A stretch of DNA of 64,000 nt from Lytechinus pictus (lineage: Eukaryota). The translations under genes were made by a program, and so were the position numbers. Under the pieces are notes generated by a model. It was given only the letters and a program-made list of their open reading frames with translations. It was not told the origin of the DNA and did no database searches. Of this stretch, positions 49,728 through 63,334 are shown piece after piece; within the stretch, counting starts at the first letter, position 1; every line of letters begins with the position of its first letter. Location of the stretch: assembly GCF_037042905.1 (NCBI RefSeq), contig NC_087251.1, positions 46,006,001-46,070,000 on the forward strand. Reading direction: 5' to 3'.

Positions 49728-51623
49728 CACTACTCAAAAAAAGTTAAGGACCACTTTTTAATGTGTGTATACAATTTTCAAACCGGGTGTTGTATTTCTA
49801 GAAATACCCGAATATGGCTGTCTTGAATCTCCTCAAACACCCTGTAACAATTTCACACATGGGTGGTTTCAGTTATTGCATGATGTCTCTCGCATTATTG
49901 CATATCCTGAAAAGTGGGCCCATTGTGAAGTGGTACAAATGTGGATTCAAATGCATTTTCTGTCTTTAGTCTCTACAATCAACAAATTGCTGACAACAGC
50001 AATGCCAAGATACAGCTGTCCAGGATGCCATCAAACACAATGAAATCAATTTCACACATGCAGTTCTTTCATGTCTCTTGCATCATTGCAATGTGCCCGT
50101 ACAAAAGTGGCTTCCAAAGCATTTTCTGTCTTTAGTCTCTACAATCAACAACTTGCTGACAATAGCAATGCCAAGATACAGCTGTCCAGAATGCCATCAA
50201 ACACAATGACATCAATTTCACACATGCAGTTCTTTCATGATGTCTCTGGCATCATTGCAGTGGGCCATAAGACAAGTGTCTTCCAAAGCATTTTCCGTCT
50301 TTAGTCTGTACAATCAACAACTTGCCTACAACAGCAATGCCAAGACACCACCTAAGTGAAACAGATGTAGCCAGAGCCCTAGGGATGCTGGAAGCTGGCC
50401 TCAGTCAGCGAAGAGTAGCCAGAATGATGGGCGTGTCACACAGTGTCATTAGCAGAGCAAATCAAAGACACCGAGAGACAGGGCTATACTCCGAGAGACC
50501 CCGCAGTGGCCGACCAGTTTCGACAACCCCTAGAGATGATCGCTACTTGACGAATCTCAGCCTCCGCAACCGCTTTCACAGTGCACACCGCCTCAACAAT
50601 GACTTCGCTGCAGCAACTGGAGTGATTGTTTCCACTCAAACAATCCGTAACCGACTTCACAGAGCCAATATGCATGCCAGACGGCCAGCTCAGTGTGTCC
50701 CACTCACCCCTGCTCACAGAAGAATTCGTCTCAACTGGGCCCGGGAGCATGTCAGATGGACCAGACAGCAATGGCGTAGAGTTCTGTTCACAGATGAGAG
50801 CAGATTTTCCCTTGACCACAATGATGGACGTTCGAGAGTCTGGAGGCGACCAGGAGAGAGATTTGCAGACCCCTGTATTGCAGAACATGACCGTTATGGG
50901 GGAGGCAGCGTCATGGTGTGGGGAGGCATCACCTACGCCAACCGTACTCGTCTCTACGTGGTCCCAGGGGGAGCAATGACAGGAGTGAGGTACAGGGATG
51001 AGGTCCTTGAACCTATAGTGGTGCCATTTGCAGAAAATGTGGGACAAAACATCATTTTCATGGATGACAATGCCCGTGCCCACCGAGCTAGGGTGGTGAC
51101 CGAGTTCCTTGAGGGCCAGGGGATTGAGCGTATGGAGTGGCCAGCGAGGTCCCCGGACTTAAACCCGATAGAGCACGTATGGGACATGATGGGGAGGAGT
51201 CTCGAGCAGCTCGAAGCCCATCCACTTGGACTGCAGCAGCTGGGTGTGGCTCTGGAGGCTGCATGGGATGCACTGGACGTCAGAGACATCAATCGCCTCA
51301 TCAGCTCCATGAGACAGCGCTGTGAAGCCGTTATTGCTGCAGGAGGTGGTCACACTCGTTACTGAACTGCCTGAAAGACACTCAGACATTCGTTTTTACC
51401 ACTTCATGTCGGTAGCTGATACCCCTCGGGGCCCACTTTTCAGGATGTGCAGTGATGCGAGAGACATTGTGCAACAACTGAAACCACCCATGCGTGAAAT
51501 TGATTACAGCGCGTTTAAGGACATTTAGGACAGTTGTACTGAGGTATTTCCAGAAATAAAACACCTTGTATAAAATCTTTATGTACGTTTTAAAAAGTGG
51601 TCCTTAACTTTTTTTGAGTAGTG
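49728..51623 (+). mobile_element. Full-length Tc1/mariner (Tc1-like, DD34E) DNA transposon
   Basis: TA target duplications at 49726-49727 and 51624-51625. Outer TIR CACTACTCAAAAAAAGTTAAGGACCACTTTTTAA is perfectly inverted, with imperfect IR extending about 200 bp. Intact transposase ORF. Confidence 0.97.
50337..51365 (+). CDS. Tc1-family transposase, 342 aa
   Basis: N-terminal HTH, RSGRP linker, FTDESRF, VMVWGGI, MDDNARAH, WPARSPDLNPIEHVW. 34 residues between the second D and E. No stops. Confidence 0.97.
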   Translation: MPRHHLSETDVARALGMLEAGLSQRRVARMMGVSHSVISRANQRHRETGLYSERPRSGRPVSTTPRDDRYLTNLSLRNRFHSAHRLNNDFAAATGVIVSTQTIRNRLHRANMHARRPAQCVPLTPAHRRIRLNWAREHVRWTRQQWRRVLFTDESRFSLDHNDGRSRVWRRPGERFADPCIAEHDRYGGGSVMVWGGITYANRTRLYVVPGGAMTGVRYRDEVLEPIVVPFAENVGQNIIFMDDNARAHRARVVTEFLEGQGIERMEWPARSPDLNPIEHVWDMMGRSLEQLEAHPLGLQQLGVALEAAWDALDVRDINRLISSMRQRCEAVIAAGGGHTRY

Positions 51624-51624
51624 T

Positions 51625-51808
51625 ATAATAATAATAATACCAACATGTCTATATAGCGCATATCACTGCCAAATGCGTCCTTATGCGCTTTAATTGGATA
51701 TTATTACCCTGGCTTTAGCCCCGCAGCCTATTACAGCGCGGTGGCATTTCAAGGAATAAATTCCTGCCAGGTACCTATTTACCTCACCTGGGTCGAGTGC
51801 AGCACACT
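51625..51808 (-). mobile_element. SINE 3' part (Nin/Deu-domain-like core and (TTA)n tail) abutting the Tc1 right end
   Basis: Minus strand reads gtgctgcactcgacccaggtgaggtaaataggtacctggcagg ... gcgctatat ... (tta)n. Related tail at 18578-18705. Confidence 0.6.
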
Positions 51809-51936
51809 ACAACATATCTGTAGCAGTGTAATTGTCATTCCTATATAAATCGTATCCTTTACACCGCTTTCCATCTATTTCAATTAATACAATGCACCAC
51901 TCACAGTTTAAAATCATTTTTCAATTGCGATTTTAC

Positions 51937-52125
51937 CTGTACAAACCACCATAGATTGTCTGAAGTTTCGCCTGGGAATGGCGGTACGTCATCATAGGGA
52001 TGTGGGAGGCCATAATATTTAACTGGGACAGTGAAGTAATGTACAGACTGGACAAGAGCATAAATCACAGTTGCTATGGCAACCAGGACAGATGTGATGA
52101 GAAGGCATCCCTTAGGTGGCTGCAT
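51937..52125 (-). CDS. TMEM62: TMEM62-like coding exon 1 (N-terminal TM/signal anchor, ...PGETSDNLWWFVQ)
   Basis: ATG at 52125, hydrophobic N-terminus, donor GTAAAA, phase 0. Upstream acceptor at 52136-52137. Confidence 0.88.
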
Positions 52126-52642
52126 GGTGAACGATCTGGGATTAATAGAAGAAAAGATAGTAAGTTATCACAATGGCTTCATGATAAGTAGAAATATGCT
52201 CCTGTACATTGTGTTTATGTTCAATCTCTTATACTGTGCAACATTCTATACTAATATTGAACTTAAAATGTAGAAATTGATGAGATCTTGTGAGAATAAA
52301 AACCTTTATCACTGAAGCAACATCAGAGAATAATTACCTTTATTACTAAAGCCACATCAGAAAATAAAAACCTGTATTACTAGTAAATACTAGAGCCACA
52401 CCAACTCATGAAATTAAGCTGCATTGTACAGGAAGTAGGCCTATATGGCATTTCTGTTTTTCTCAATCTTGATGCAACCCTTTTCCAAGTTACATCATAT
52501 TAAGGTAGCAATTCACTGTATGATCATTATTATCCCAAGAAACATTTTTATCTTTAGACCAAAGGGCTTTTTATTTGGGGCATTTCTTCGCCCAGGTACA
52601 CATGCCAATCAAATTACATTATCAAATGTTAACATCCCACGA

Positions 52643-52828
52643 GGTGGGTGTTTCATAAAGCTGTTCGTAAGTAAAGGGCGAAATTAAGAACAACAGGTGA
52701 ACATTTCTTATGCTATAAATAATCACCAATGAACAATTGATGGTCAATATCATTTACCACAAGAAAGGATCACCAGTCGTTCTTAAAGTCGCTCTTAACT
52801 TTCGATCAGCTTTATGGAACGGCCCCCA
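52643..52828. mobile_element. MITE family A copy
   Basis: Same TIRs. Confidence 0.88.
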
Positions 52829-53519
52829 CACATTTCACATCTTAGGTGGAGATTGGATATTACATGAAAGTGCCCTGCCAATGGACATTAGCGCCTTATG
52901 GGGTTCGGACATTTGACCCTTAGATTAAGAGTCTTGTGACTGAACAACTACACATCCCCTCCATATATAGTGATGAAAGGGTTGGCACATTCCAGGTTTG
53001 GGGGGAGGGGGGCAATCAAATTAAAACCATGAAATTGAAATAAGGGTCCAAGCAAATGGCTACGTCGCTACTACGCTTAAAATATTGGGTCTTTGGTACA
53101 TATGTTCAGCCAAAGAGAAAAAAAAGCTAGAGTCTAGGGAACTGCATATAAGTGTGAACATGCTATGTTTAATGAGTGATTGTATTACCAAATGCATCAG
53201 AAAGTTTCAAACATAGAACTTTGCAACATCCCTCATGTACCAAAGTGAATATTAATAGATCATTCTAATGCCTTTATTAAAAAAATAAAAAAAATAACCA
53301 GAATGTGGTAAAAAATAGCTGATCAGTAATTTTGTGAATTTCTCAATTTCCCACACAGAAAGCACACATTCGTAATTACCACTTTCAAGTGACCTAAATA
53401 TTTCACATGTGAAGAGGGGTGCGATCAGAAGCAAAAATTCAGAGCGGGGCTGAATGGCTTCTGAGTGGCTTTCGAGATCCATAAAATATAGAGAACTGAA
53501 ATCCAGGTCTGAAAATGGG

Positions 53520-54100
53520 GGCTGTCAAAGTAGCATGTCCCAATATGACCCAGGGAGCCCAGGACTCGTCTGTGTAATATGAGGCAGACATGGGTACTCT
53601 CCAAAATGGGGTAGAATGGGGTTGCAATAGCACTCCAAATAAAAGGAGAAAACATAAATCATGCACTTACCTTGATTATATGGATGAAGGTCTAACGTGA
53701 GACACAGAATCCTGACATCATGGCACAAACTGGACCCTCAAAAAAGGAAAAGTTAGACCTCCATGTCGCGTTCGTTCTTGGTATCGATCGGCCATTTTGT
53801 TTTCAATTTTTGAAAGAAGGAGAATGAACGAGACAGAAATTTTCCTATTTTTGAGGGTCCAGTTTGTGTCTCGATGTCAGGATTCTGTGTCACGATAGAC
53901 CTTCATCCATAAAATTGAGGTAAGTGCATAATTTATTTTTCCCCCTTTTATTTGGGGTGCTATTGTGACCCCATTCTACCCCATTTGGAGAGTACCCTCT
54001 GCCTAATATTACATGGACGAGTCCTGGGCTCCGGCCCGCAAAGCGGGCCGGAGCTCCCTGGGTTAGTCCCAATAAAGAGAGCTGGCAGCCGTCTGTTTCG
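53520..54100. repeat. Foldback element with about 235-bp inverted arms
   Basis: 53520-53755 is the reverse complement of 53838-54100, e.g. gacacagaatcctgacatc / gatgtcaggattctgtgtc. Confidence 0.88.
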
Positions 54101-54914
54101 AGTTCTTTAAAAAAAAATTTAATTTCTCCTCGTACACAGACGGCTCGCTATCGTGCAGCCACCATTATTTAGGGGGTAAACAATCCAAAATCCCCCCGAC
54201 TGGGCTCATTGATTTTTGTCTTTATTTCATAAAAATATATAAAAAGAACTGAACCAAAATAAAGATAATTATTCCGTTTTGTCCTGAAATGCACCAAAAC
54301 GGGAAAAAATACACTTAATAATAGGGAAAAAACAATGACTTACTCCGGCTGTCGCGCAACTCCCACTTCCCTGGTTGATCCGAACTTAATACATATGATA
54401 AACTGTATTGGCATTGAGCCCTGTACAGATCGAGCTAGAACTTCAGTCTCTGTAATTAATTGGTGAATGGAGCCAACGGAGTTCAGAGGAACAACCAACA
54501 TAACCGAAGCTTTTGGTCTAGTCCCAATACTACATTGCATCTATAAATGAGCGCCCCTGGGGCCTGGCCCATGACTAAAAAAAGGGAGCTTTTTTTTTTT
54601 ACTTTGAGTAGACAACAAAAGTCTTGTAAATGTCAGATTTGTTTTGTCTTCAGTTCAATCAATCAAGTTGCTGATCACTCATTCATGTCACTTGTATTTT
54701 CAGGGTGATTACAAATTGTGGCATTATCGTGATCCAAGTCCCCGGTGACTCGGATCCACGGACAATTTTTCACAACGTAAAACATGTCCTACCTGTCTCT
54801 ACCAACCTCGTAGTTGTGTGTCACTTGTCTCTTTTCAGTCTCCACTTTATTGGCGTTGCAAATCAGAATTTGCATCATTCTCTATTGCTTTTATAGTTCG
54901 TAAACTATTACTTT

Positions 54915-55440
54915 TCATATGAATAAATCAGGATTATATTCATCTTTTTATGTTTCGTACAATATTAAACTTGCTTTATTTCGTCTACGTTTTTACTAAA
55001 TAAATCAATAAGCCCTATCCCTCTTCAGTCTCCATTGATTTATTTCGTTGATTCCTAATTTACTAAATAAATCAGAATTGCATCTACTTCTTTTCAATCT
55101 CTATAGCTTTATTCAGGATTATATTCATCTTTTTTATGTTTCTCACAATATAAAATTTGCTTTATTTTGTATACATTTTTACTAAATAAATCAATAGGCC
55201 CTAGATCCCTCTTCAGTCTCCATTGCTTTATTTCGTTGATTCCTAATTTACTAAATAAATCAGGATTGCATCTACTTTTTTTCAGTCCTTATAGCTTTAT
55301 TTCTTCGTACTTTTTATGCTAAATGAATCTCTTTTCATATATATGTTTCTTATGATTTTGCTTTATTTCGTCTATCACGTTTTTACTAAATAAATCAAAT
55401 TGCATCTCCCTCTTAACAGTCTCAATTGCTTTATTTTGTT
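54915..55440 (+). repeat. AT-rich degenerate tandem repeat (tttactaaataaatca core)
   Basis: Core recurs about 6 times, with higher-order duplication of about 185 bp. Confidence 0.8.
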
Positions 55441-55462
55441 AGGTAAAAAGAATGTCTGTATA

Positions 55463-56450
55463 ATTACTCCTTGTGATTCAAGTCCCCCCTCTAAAATAAA
55501 AAGGCAATTAACCCGTTGATATATTCATCTACCCCTCATTTCCCTCCTCTTCAAAACCACTGCCACTTTTAGACATTTTCCTAGAGATGATAAATAAATA
55601 TATAAATAATAACAATCATTAAAATTAATGAAAATCACATTAAAAACACAATTTAACTGTCTAATTACTCCTCATGATCCGAGTCCCCTCCCCGTTTTAA
55701 AAACGTCAAATTTCCCATAGGAGGGGACTTGGATAACTAGGAGTACTATTACTCGTGATCCAAGTCCCCTCTTAAAAATACAAAACGGCAATTAACCCGT
55801 TGATATTCATCTACCCCTCATTTCCCTCCTCTTCAAAACCACTCTGCCACTTTTAGAGTTTCCTAGAGATGATAAATGAATATTTTCGATAATAAGAATC
55901 ATTAAAATCAATGAAAATCACATTACAAGCACTATTTAACTGTCTAATTACTTCTCGTGATCCGAGTCCCCTTCCCGTGTTAAGACTGTCCAATTTCTCA
56001 TAGGAGGGGACTTGGATAACGAGGAGTACTATTACTCGTGATCCAAGTCCCCTCTCTTAAAAATACAAAACGGCAATTAACCCGTTGATATTCATCTACC
56101 CCTCATTTCCCTCCTCTTCAAAACCACTCTGCCACTTTTAGACAGTTTCCTAGAGATGATAAATGAATATTTTCGATAATAAGAATCATTAAAATCAATG
56201 AAAATCACACTAAAAACACTATTTAACTGTCTAATTACTCCTCGAGATCCGAGTCCCCTTCCCGTGTTAAGACTGTCCAATTTCTCATAGGAGGGGACTT
56301 GGATAACGAGGAGTACTATTACTCGTTATCCGAGTCCCCTTCTATGGGAAATTGGCAGTCTCAACACGGGAAGGGGACTCGGATCACGAGGAGTAATTAG
56401 ACAGTTAAATAGTGCTTTTAATGTGATTAATTTTGTTTTATTTAGTGTTT
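55463..56450. repeat. About 285-bp tandem repeat x 3 ending in a palindrome
   Basis: Units start near 55463, 55748 and 56031. 56320-56430 is an inverted copy of 56200-56310. Confidence 0.92.
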
Positions 56451-56819
56451 TTTATCATTGTTTACCAACTTGGAAGAATATACAGCCTCAGGAGAGAAAA
56501 GAAAAAGACTATTATTGTCGTTTGAAAAAGTGTCTGAGTCATTTGTTATTGTGTCAATGGGAAAACGTGTGGTGGAAGAAAGTCCCCGTTCAGTGAGAAG
56601 CTTCGCACCGTTTCGCATCGCGAACAATAGATTTCTTTTGAAAATATTCCAACCGTGGATTCCATTGAATTTTAAGTTTGCTGATATTTGAGGTGTGTCT
56701 CAAGTTTGTCCCCAGTGACTTGGATGACGATAAGGCCCAAATTGTAATGTAGATGATCGAGACGGTTTTAAAAACATACTCTGCCACAAAAATCAGAAAA
56801 GATATTTTTCAAAATAGTT

Positions 56820-57180
56820 CCCCTGCGCCGGCCAAGAAATCGCAACTGCAGCTGCACTAGCACTAGCACTGCATCGCGGCATACAGCGGATTCTTAATCG
56901 TAGGCTCCCCAGCAGATGTCCGAACGGAACCTCTGGCTTACCGCTAGCGCTACCATCGCATCAGCGGCTTAACCGGAGAGGTCAAACTCAAACTTACTTT
57001 CCCCTCCTTTTCCTTAATTTTAAGTTAAAATCATTCGCTCAGTGATAAGGTCTAAATTTAAGGTTTTCAACTCACCGTATCTTGTGATATTCCCCCGCCT
57101 TCTAACGTTAGCTTCAATTCAAAACTACTGAGTTAGGCTGAGAGTTGTCACGCACGTCTACGGTAGTCTGCACTGAATTC
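56820..57180 (-). promoter_or_regulatory. Probable TMEM62 promoter and non-coding first exon
   Basis: CpG-rich island with candidate minus-strand donors (GTGAGT near 57075, GTAAGT near 56997). The ATG exon has an upstream acceptor. Confidence 0.4.
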
Positions 57181-58499
57181 CACTCCTTGCATATATATGC
57201 AATGCTTGCATCATTAATTTTTTATTCCAAGATCCAGGGCCGGCCGGGGGGGGGGGGGGGGCTGAGCATGAGGGCATGATACCGGCCCGCCACAGAGAGG
57301 GGCAGGGGCTGTGGTAAGGCGGGAGTGCACTTGACACTTGACCAAAGATAATGCTTGAAAATAAATGTGCGTGATTAAAACAAATAGTGATGATAATTGA
57401 GGGTAGGCCTGAATTTGTTAAAAAGGCAAAAATCAATTTTTTTGTATTGCATCTGGGACGTCACCACAACACACTGGGTGGGGGGGGGGGGGTCAGTCAA
57501 CTGTAACTTTTCCACATCCATGATATTCAAAGATGCTTGCTATAGAGATTATAGTCATGCTTTATTTGAAAAAAAAAACTCAATAATGCAAATTATATAT
57601 AGCAGTGTGATAAATCAAAAAGGCAACTAGTAAAAGAGTGGGCATCACGCACAGTCCGGAATAGCTCAAACTTTTAAGCACGCATATTCAGGCATCTTCA
57701 CTCAGCCGCAGCACCTCTGCATGCACTTGATTGCATGTTGAGATAAAACTCCCATTAATTGGCGTACATAGCCTATGGGGGAAAGGTTTGGGCCGGGGCA
57801 TGCACTCATGCAATGCCCCCCAAGTTTTCCACAATTGAGGGGGGGGAAAGGAAAGAGAGAAGAGTGGTATCATTTTCAGAATATTATGTCATAATTGAAT
57901 TTTTGTAATAAAAGTGTCAAAATTCTCGCTCGCTTGCTTCGCTCACTCTCAACTTGTTATAAATTTTGCCTGATACGCCAGATTTGGCCCCCTCAAAATG
58001 CCTTGGCTGATTATTACTCCACTGAAAACTCCTGTGCATTACGCCTCCAATCCCTGGGCCCATTCAATTGCCCAGAATTAATTCTAAATAAGTTGGAACA
58101 GGATTCTATTGTATATGTATGAAAATAATGATGATGCTAATGATGATGATGATGATATACATGCTACCGTGGGTAGCAACTATACAGTTCCAAATATTCT
58201 AGAAGGACTGCTACATAAGATATTCTATTTTTTTTACCCTCAAATTCTTATCTTTGTAGATAGAAATAAAGCATTTGTTAAAAAACATATGTAAAGTTTA
58301 CTATTTGTAAACATTTTTATTTGGGGTTAAAAAAGTCCCATTTTACTTTATCAAATGACGATTTGGGATATCTTATATAAAGCACAAGGTCAGGTCACCA
58401 GTCATGAATAAATATTTATAAAATAAGTAGCTTATGAAAAGCTTACACTTCCAGTTTGGGACTGTGAGCAAACATGCATCATTTGGCAGATTATTTACA

Positions 58500-58940
58500 G
58501 ATTATGACTTTTATCATCATTATTGGTATTGTTGTATGATGATGATAATTATGATCCTTCATCATCATCATTGCAATCATCATCATCATTGCCATCATCT
58601 TCATCATCATCATCATCTTCATCATCATTATCACCATTATCATTTTCATCATCATCATCACCTTAATCATCATCATCTTCATCATCATTATCATAATAAT
58701 CATTATCACCTTCATAATATCATCATTATCATAATCATTATCATCATAAGAATATTCCTCATCATCATCATCCATATAACTATCATCTTCATCATCATTA
58801 TCATCATAACCTTCATAATATCATCATTATCATTATAGTCATTATCATAAGAATATTCCTCATCATCATTATCCATATCACTATCATCTTCATCATCATC
58901 ATCATCATTGCTATTATCATTATTATTATGTTATTATGAA
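58500..58940 (+). repeat. Degenerate (CAT/TAT)n repeat with an internal duplication
   Basis: Direct reading. cataagaatattcctcatcatcat occurs twice. Confidence 0.92.
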
Positions 58941-59281
58941 TAAATTATTATCATTTAAGGTAATTTTGCAATACAGATTTCAAATGACATCTGATTTAAG
59001 CATTATTGGGTAACCGAAATTCAGACACAGTACATTAATCAAGATAAGAAGTCTAATTCAAGATTTCAGTTACTACATGGGTTTTTTTATCGGTTAAAAT
59101 TCTAATTGGACCAGTTACCAATGATTAAAGTTTCAGAGATGTACCGTAGTTGGAATTCAACTGGTATGACTGATTGGTTGCAACTACTTTTTGCCCTTCT
59201 GGTTTAAACAAACTAGCTTTGAATTTGGTCATGAAAAGTGTAAGGCAGATTGAAAATCATGAGCAAAATTAAAAACATAGA

Positions 59282-59402
59282 GGGGAGAATTTCATGAAAA
59301 GTTTTGCCATTGATATTTATGACTAATTTGCTTTCAGCCAATCAGATGCAAGGATGTTCAGTAATTGAAAAGAACCTTTTGTTTTTATGAAATGCTCCCC
59401 AG
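59282..59402. mobile_element. Short MITE (ggggagaatttcat...atgaaatgctcccc); related element at 63335-63494
   Basis: Inverted termini. Confidence 0.6.
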
Positions 59403-62400
59403 AACAAAGAATGATCTTCAAACAAAATAAATGACGCTTTCGACACCATGACTGAACTTCCAATATCACACAAGCATTGTGTCCATAATTTAATAATAAC
59501 CACAAGGCAAGAAAATTGAGAAAACAAGGGAATTTTTGCACACATAATGCAGCTCAGCAATAAAACGGAGTAGACTTGGAAATGAATATTAATCGAAAAA
59601 TATCAAGTTCTCCAATCCAATACAACACTGGGGACGGCTATCTTGTAAAAAGAAGAGGTTTCTGTAGTCTAAAAGCACACAACCTGTTTTTAAAAAAAAT
59701 GACAGGTTAGCAAAATGTGGAGAACTATCATAACATACTAGCATGAAAAGGGTGCAGACCCAATATAATACTACATGTACATTACTGATGGTCACTTTAC
59801 TTATGATCCCTTAGGGGCAATCCTGCCCCTATACAGCCCCAACCAAAATAAAATTATGCCAAAACACCAAGCTATTGATATATCTCATGTATATTTGGAA
59901 TAATTAAGTTTTTCTACATATTAAATGGTTTGATCTATTATCTGATTTAAATCAGAGGTCTTGACTTCCATTTTTTTTTCAAATGGATAAAATAGGAAAT
60001 GAGCTGTAATTCTCAAATGTGTGTCACAAATTGATCAAGGAAATCAGGAACTTCATTTTAAAAGAAGAGCCTGGAAAAGTCAAAATTGATTCTCTCCTTT
60101 TGATTCCGAATTGTTAGAAAATCTGTATCACTGATTGAATATATCTTTCTCTTCATATACATTTTAATTGTAATGTGAAAATGAGTCACTTTCAACATCT
60201 GGGACCAGTTTCATTTTCCAAAATACCATGGTAACAGGGCTCAACAGCCCATTAAAATCAAGTTTCAATAGAAGTTTTAATAATTATAGCAATTTAAAAC
60301 TAGGACCTGATGGAACAAACAACGACCCTTTCAAGAGTGATCCATTCCCTTTAAAGCTTTGTTTATACTGCCTAAATATTCACTGCAAATTATATAACAG
60401 AAATTTTCTCTTGCACCATTTTCAGAAAAGCAATAATGAGCACTGAATTAATATGGAGAGAGGGGAAATCTTATCATACACTCTGAATTTCAGGGATTTA
60501 AGATTAAAAAATCCAGATCAGCTGTGAATAGTGGCCAGCCAAACACTGGACTAAGACTCAGACCTTGCAGATTTGAATTTACAGCTAAAAGATTTGCATA
60601 CAAATCTTTTTGAGATTTCAAAATAAATCCTTAGGATTAAATACAAATCTCAAATGATGCTCATCACTATTAACAGCCAATCATAAAAATTGCTATGACA
60701 ACAGCTCTTGCTGAAGTATCACCTTTCATTGGAAGACCCAATCAAAAAGCAGAATTTTCACTGTTGTCATAAAAGTCGACAATCCAACCAGACTTGATAT
60801 CATAGCAACTTTAAAAAAAAAATTAAATTAGGCCCTGGAGTAATATTAAATCCTTGAAATTTAGAGTGTGAGATTTGCATTTTACACCCTCCAAATCCAA
60901 GCTAAACATACCTCCATCATCATGGGTTTCCCTGTGCATCTACTTATTAATATTCCAAGATATTTTGCTGATGTGAATACAATAAAAAAGCAATGAATAC
61001 TCTTAAATCCATATTTTTGCACAACATATATAAAAATACATCACACAATCACAGGTGCCATTTTTACAGCAGTTTGAAATTCAGTATAAAATGAGGTATT
61101 TAGATATTTCTTTTGTTTGGAGCTACAAAATCCCCTCAGTTTGAAAATTGCATTTGAAGACACCAATTCTCAAAGGTGTAATATCTTATAGGGAAAAAGA
61201 TGAAGATATGCTTTTATTATATACATCTGGAAGCCATTGCCCTATGTCTCTGTGTACTAATGTCAGCCCCTATTCCTAAATTTCAAAAAGACTTTGATGG
61301 AACTTTTCTTATAATTTCTTACCTTTTAATTTAAAAAGGCTGGCTTTTCATGGGAAATCAGGGACTAAAGTATATATCCTATGAATACAGTGTGAAAATT
61401 GTTTTCTGAATACAATCAATTTTGAGGCTTGTAATTTTAAAGAAAAGTTACGCAACTAACTTCTGGATATCAAGTCCAGTAGATTTAATTTCTGACCCAG
61501 TAAACCATATCTCTGACTAGGGTTTATGGAAAAGAGTCTGTACTGAATCGAGTTATGTTGAATATGTTAAAATATCCTGAATAATAACAATCCACTTTTA
61601 TATAGTGCTTGTCACTTCGGGACAATGTCTCTTATGTGCTTTACATATACATGTATATCATATAGCCTTAAAAACGGACATACTTATTAAAGCTTTAAGC
61701 TTTAAGATGTTACTAAGCCTAATTTGTTTACCTTTATAGCCAGTCACAGTTCATAGTTTAGCGTCCATTGTCTCTTTTGATTCTATTATACATTGTTTTG
61801 TTCTAGCTTTCTGTTCATTCATGCAATATTTCTCCGATGAGTGCATTAAAAGTGTGTCTGTTTTTATGGCTATTTTGTAATTTTGCGGTACCAAACACTT
61901 ATTCATATATATTTTCACCCCAGACACTGGATTCTGTCCGGCCCAAAATGACTTAAACGAAAAAGAAAAGAAACATTGGACAAGTAGATACATTACTGTT
62001 GGTCCAAAATATGAACAAAAATTGACCCATTTCCATGTTCATAATACTCTCCTAGTATTAACAGTTGCCTCACTTTGTCCAATTCTGGGCATTACTATAT
62101 ATTGGTCATTTTCAAAAATTACAAACAAAAGTGGGGATGGAATAAATGATTATATTCTCTAACCCCAAGCACCAATGAGTCAACAGCTGGAAAAATTGCA
62201 TGAACATTGACATCTGTCCATAGATATAGGCCTATATAACTATACAATTACTTTATCACCTTTTTGGCCAAAACAGAAATTATGACTGCTGCTTTCTGGG
62301 AAATCTTTCATAATGGATACTCAATGATTGAATGAATAGAAATAAGTATTTTATTATACCATGTATTCAACTATATTCTACTAAATTATTATTCAGTCAG

Positions 62401-63334
62401 TTTAAAAAAAAAACAATTTTGTTCCCGTAAAATGACAATTCCAATATGGGAGAACTATAAGATTCTACAAAGTGATTGAAATAAGAACAAGAATTTACCC
62501 CAATATGAGGTAAACAAAAACATAATAATTTCAGTGAAAACTTTTCAAGTATACTATAAGAATGATAAATACAATCATGAACAATACAACAGCCATGTAT
62601 CATAAATGATAAATTCATTTCATGCACACATGTACTCATATAAATAGGGGATATATAAATAAAAGTAATAACACAATACACTTTTTTAAATGCAAATTGA
62701 GTCATTATCTCACAGGATGATGACAATGATTGCTACTTTTGGTAACAGATTGAATGACAGGTCATGAATTCATGGAAAGAGTTCGTAAATTGCATCTTGA
62801 TAGTAGAGAATAGAGACGAAACACTATCAGAGTATTGAAAATCAACAGATTTATATAACTTTAGATTACACAATAATAATAATGTGCTAATTTCATTGAC
62901 TTCCATTCTTGGAAAATGAAAGCAATGACCTATGTACAGTAATAAAAAAAGTATTTTGATCGTGCAGCTCTCTTCCACACAATCCTTCAAAAACGTTTTT
63001 ATCATGTGCAATATTTTTTAATAACTGTTTCTATGAAGCATGCAGGGAATATGCTATTCTATGTACATATAAATACTTATGGCAAATGGCCAATTAAGCA
63101 ATTTTACTGGATGAATTTTGCTATCTATTTCATTCTGGAGGGATGGATATTATTCGTCTTCTTCATAAAAAAGCACCATTAAAGCAACTCATAAATACTT
63201 TACATAGATATACAAAAGAAAGAATATATTCAAGGGTTAAATCATCATTCAATCAATCTATAAAAAAAAATCTGCCTCCATAACTTTGGTAATACGCTAC
63301 AATGCAAACATGTGTGTCAAGAAGACAAACTTCA

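Noticed and set aside
50484..51389. Antisense and alternate-frame ORFs over the transposase
   Set aside because: Shadow ORFs of a GC-rich coding region with no recognisable motifs.
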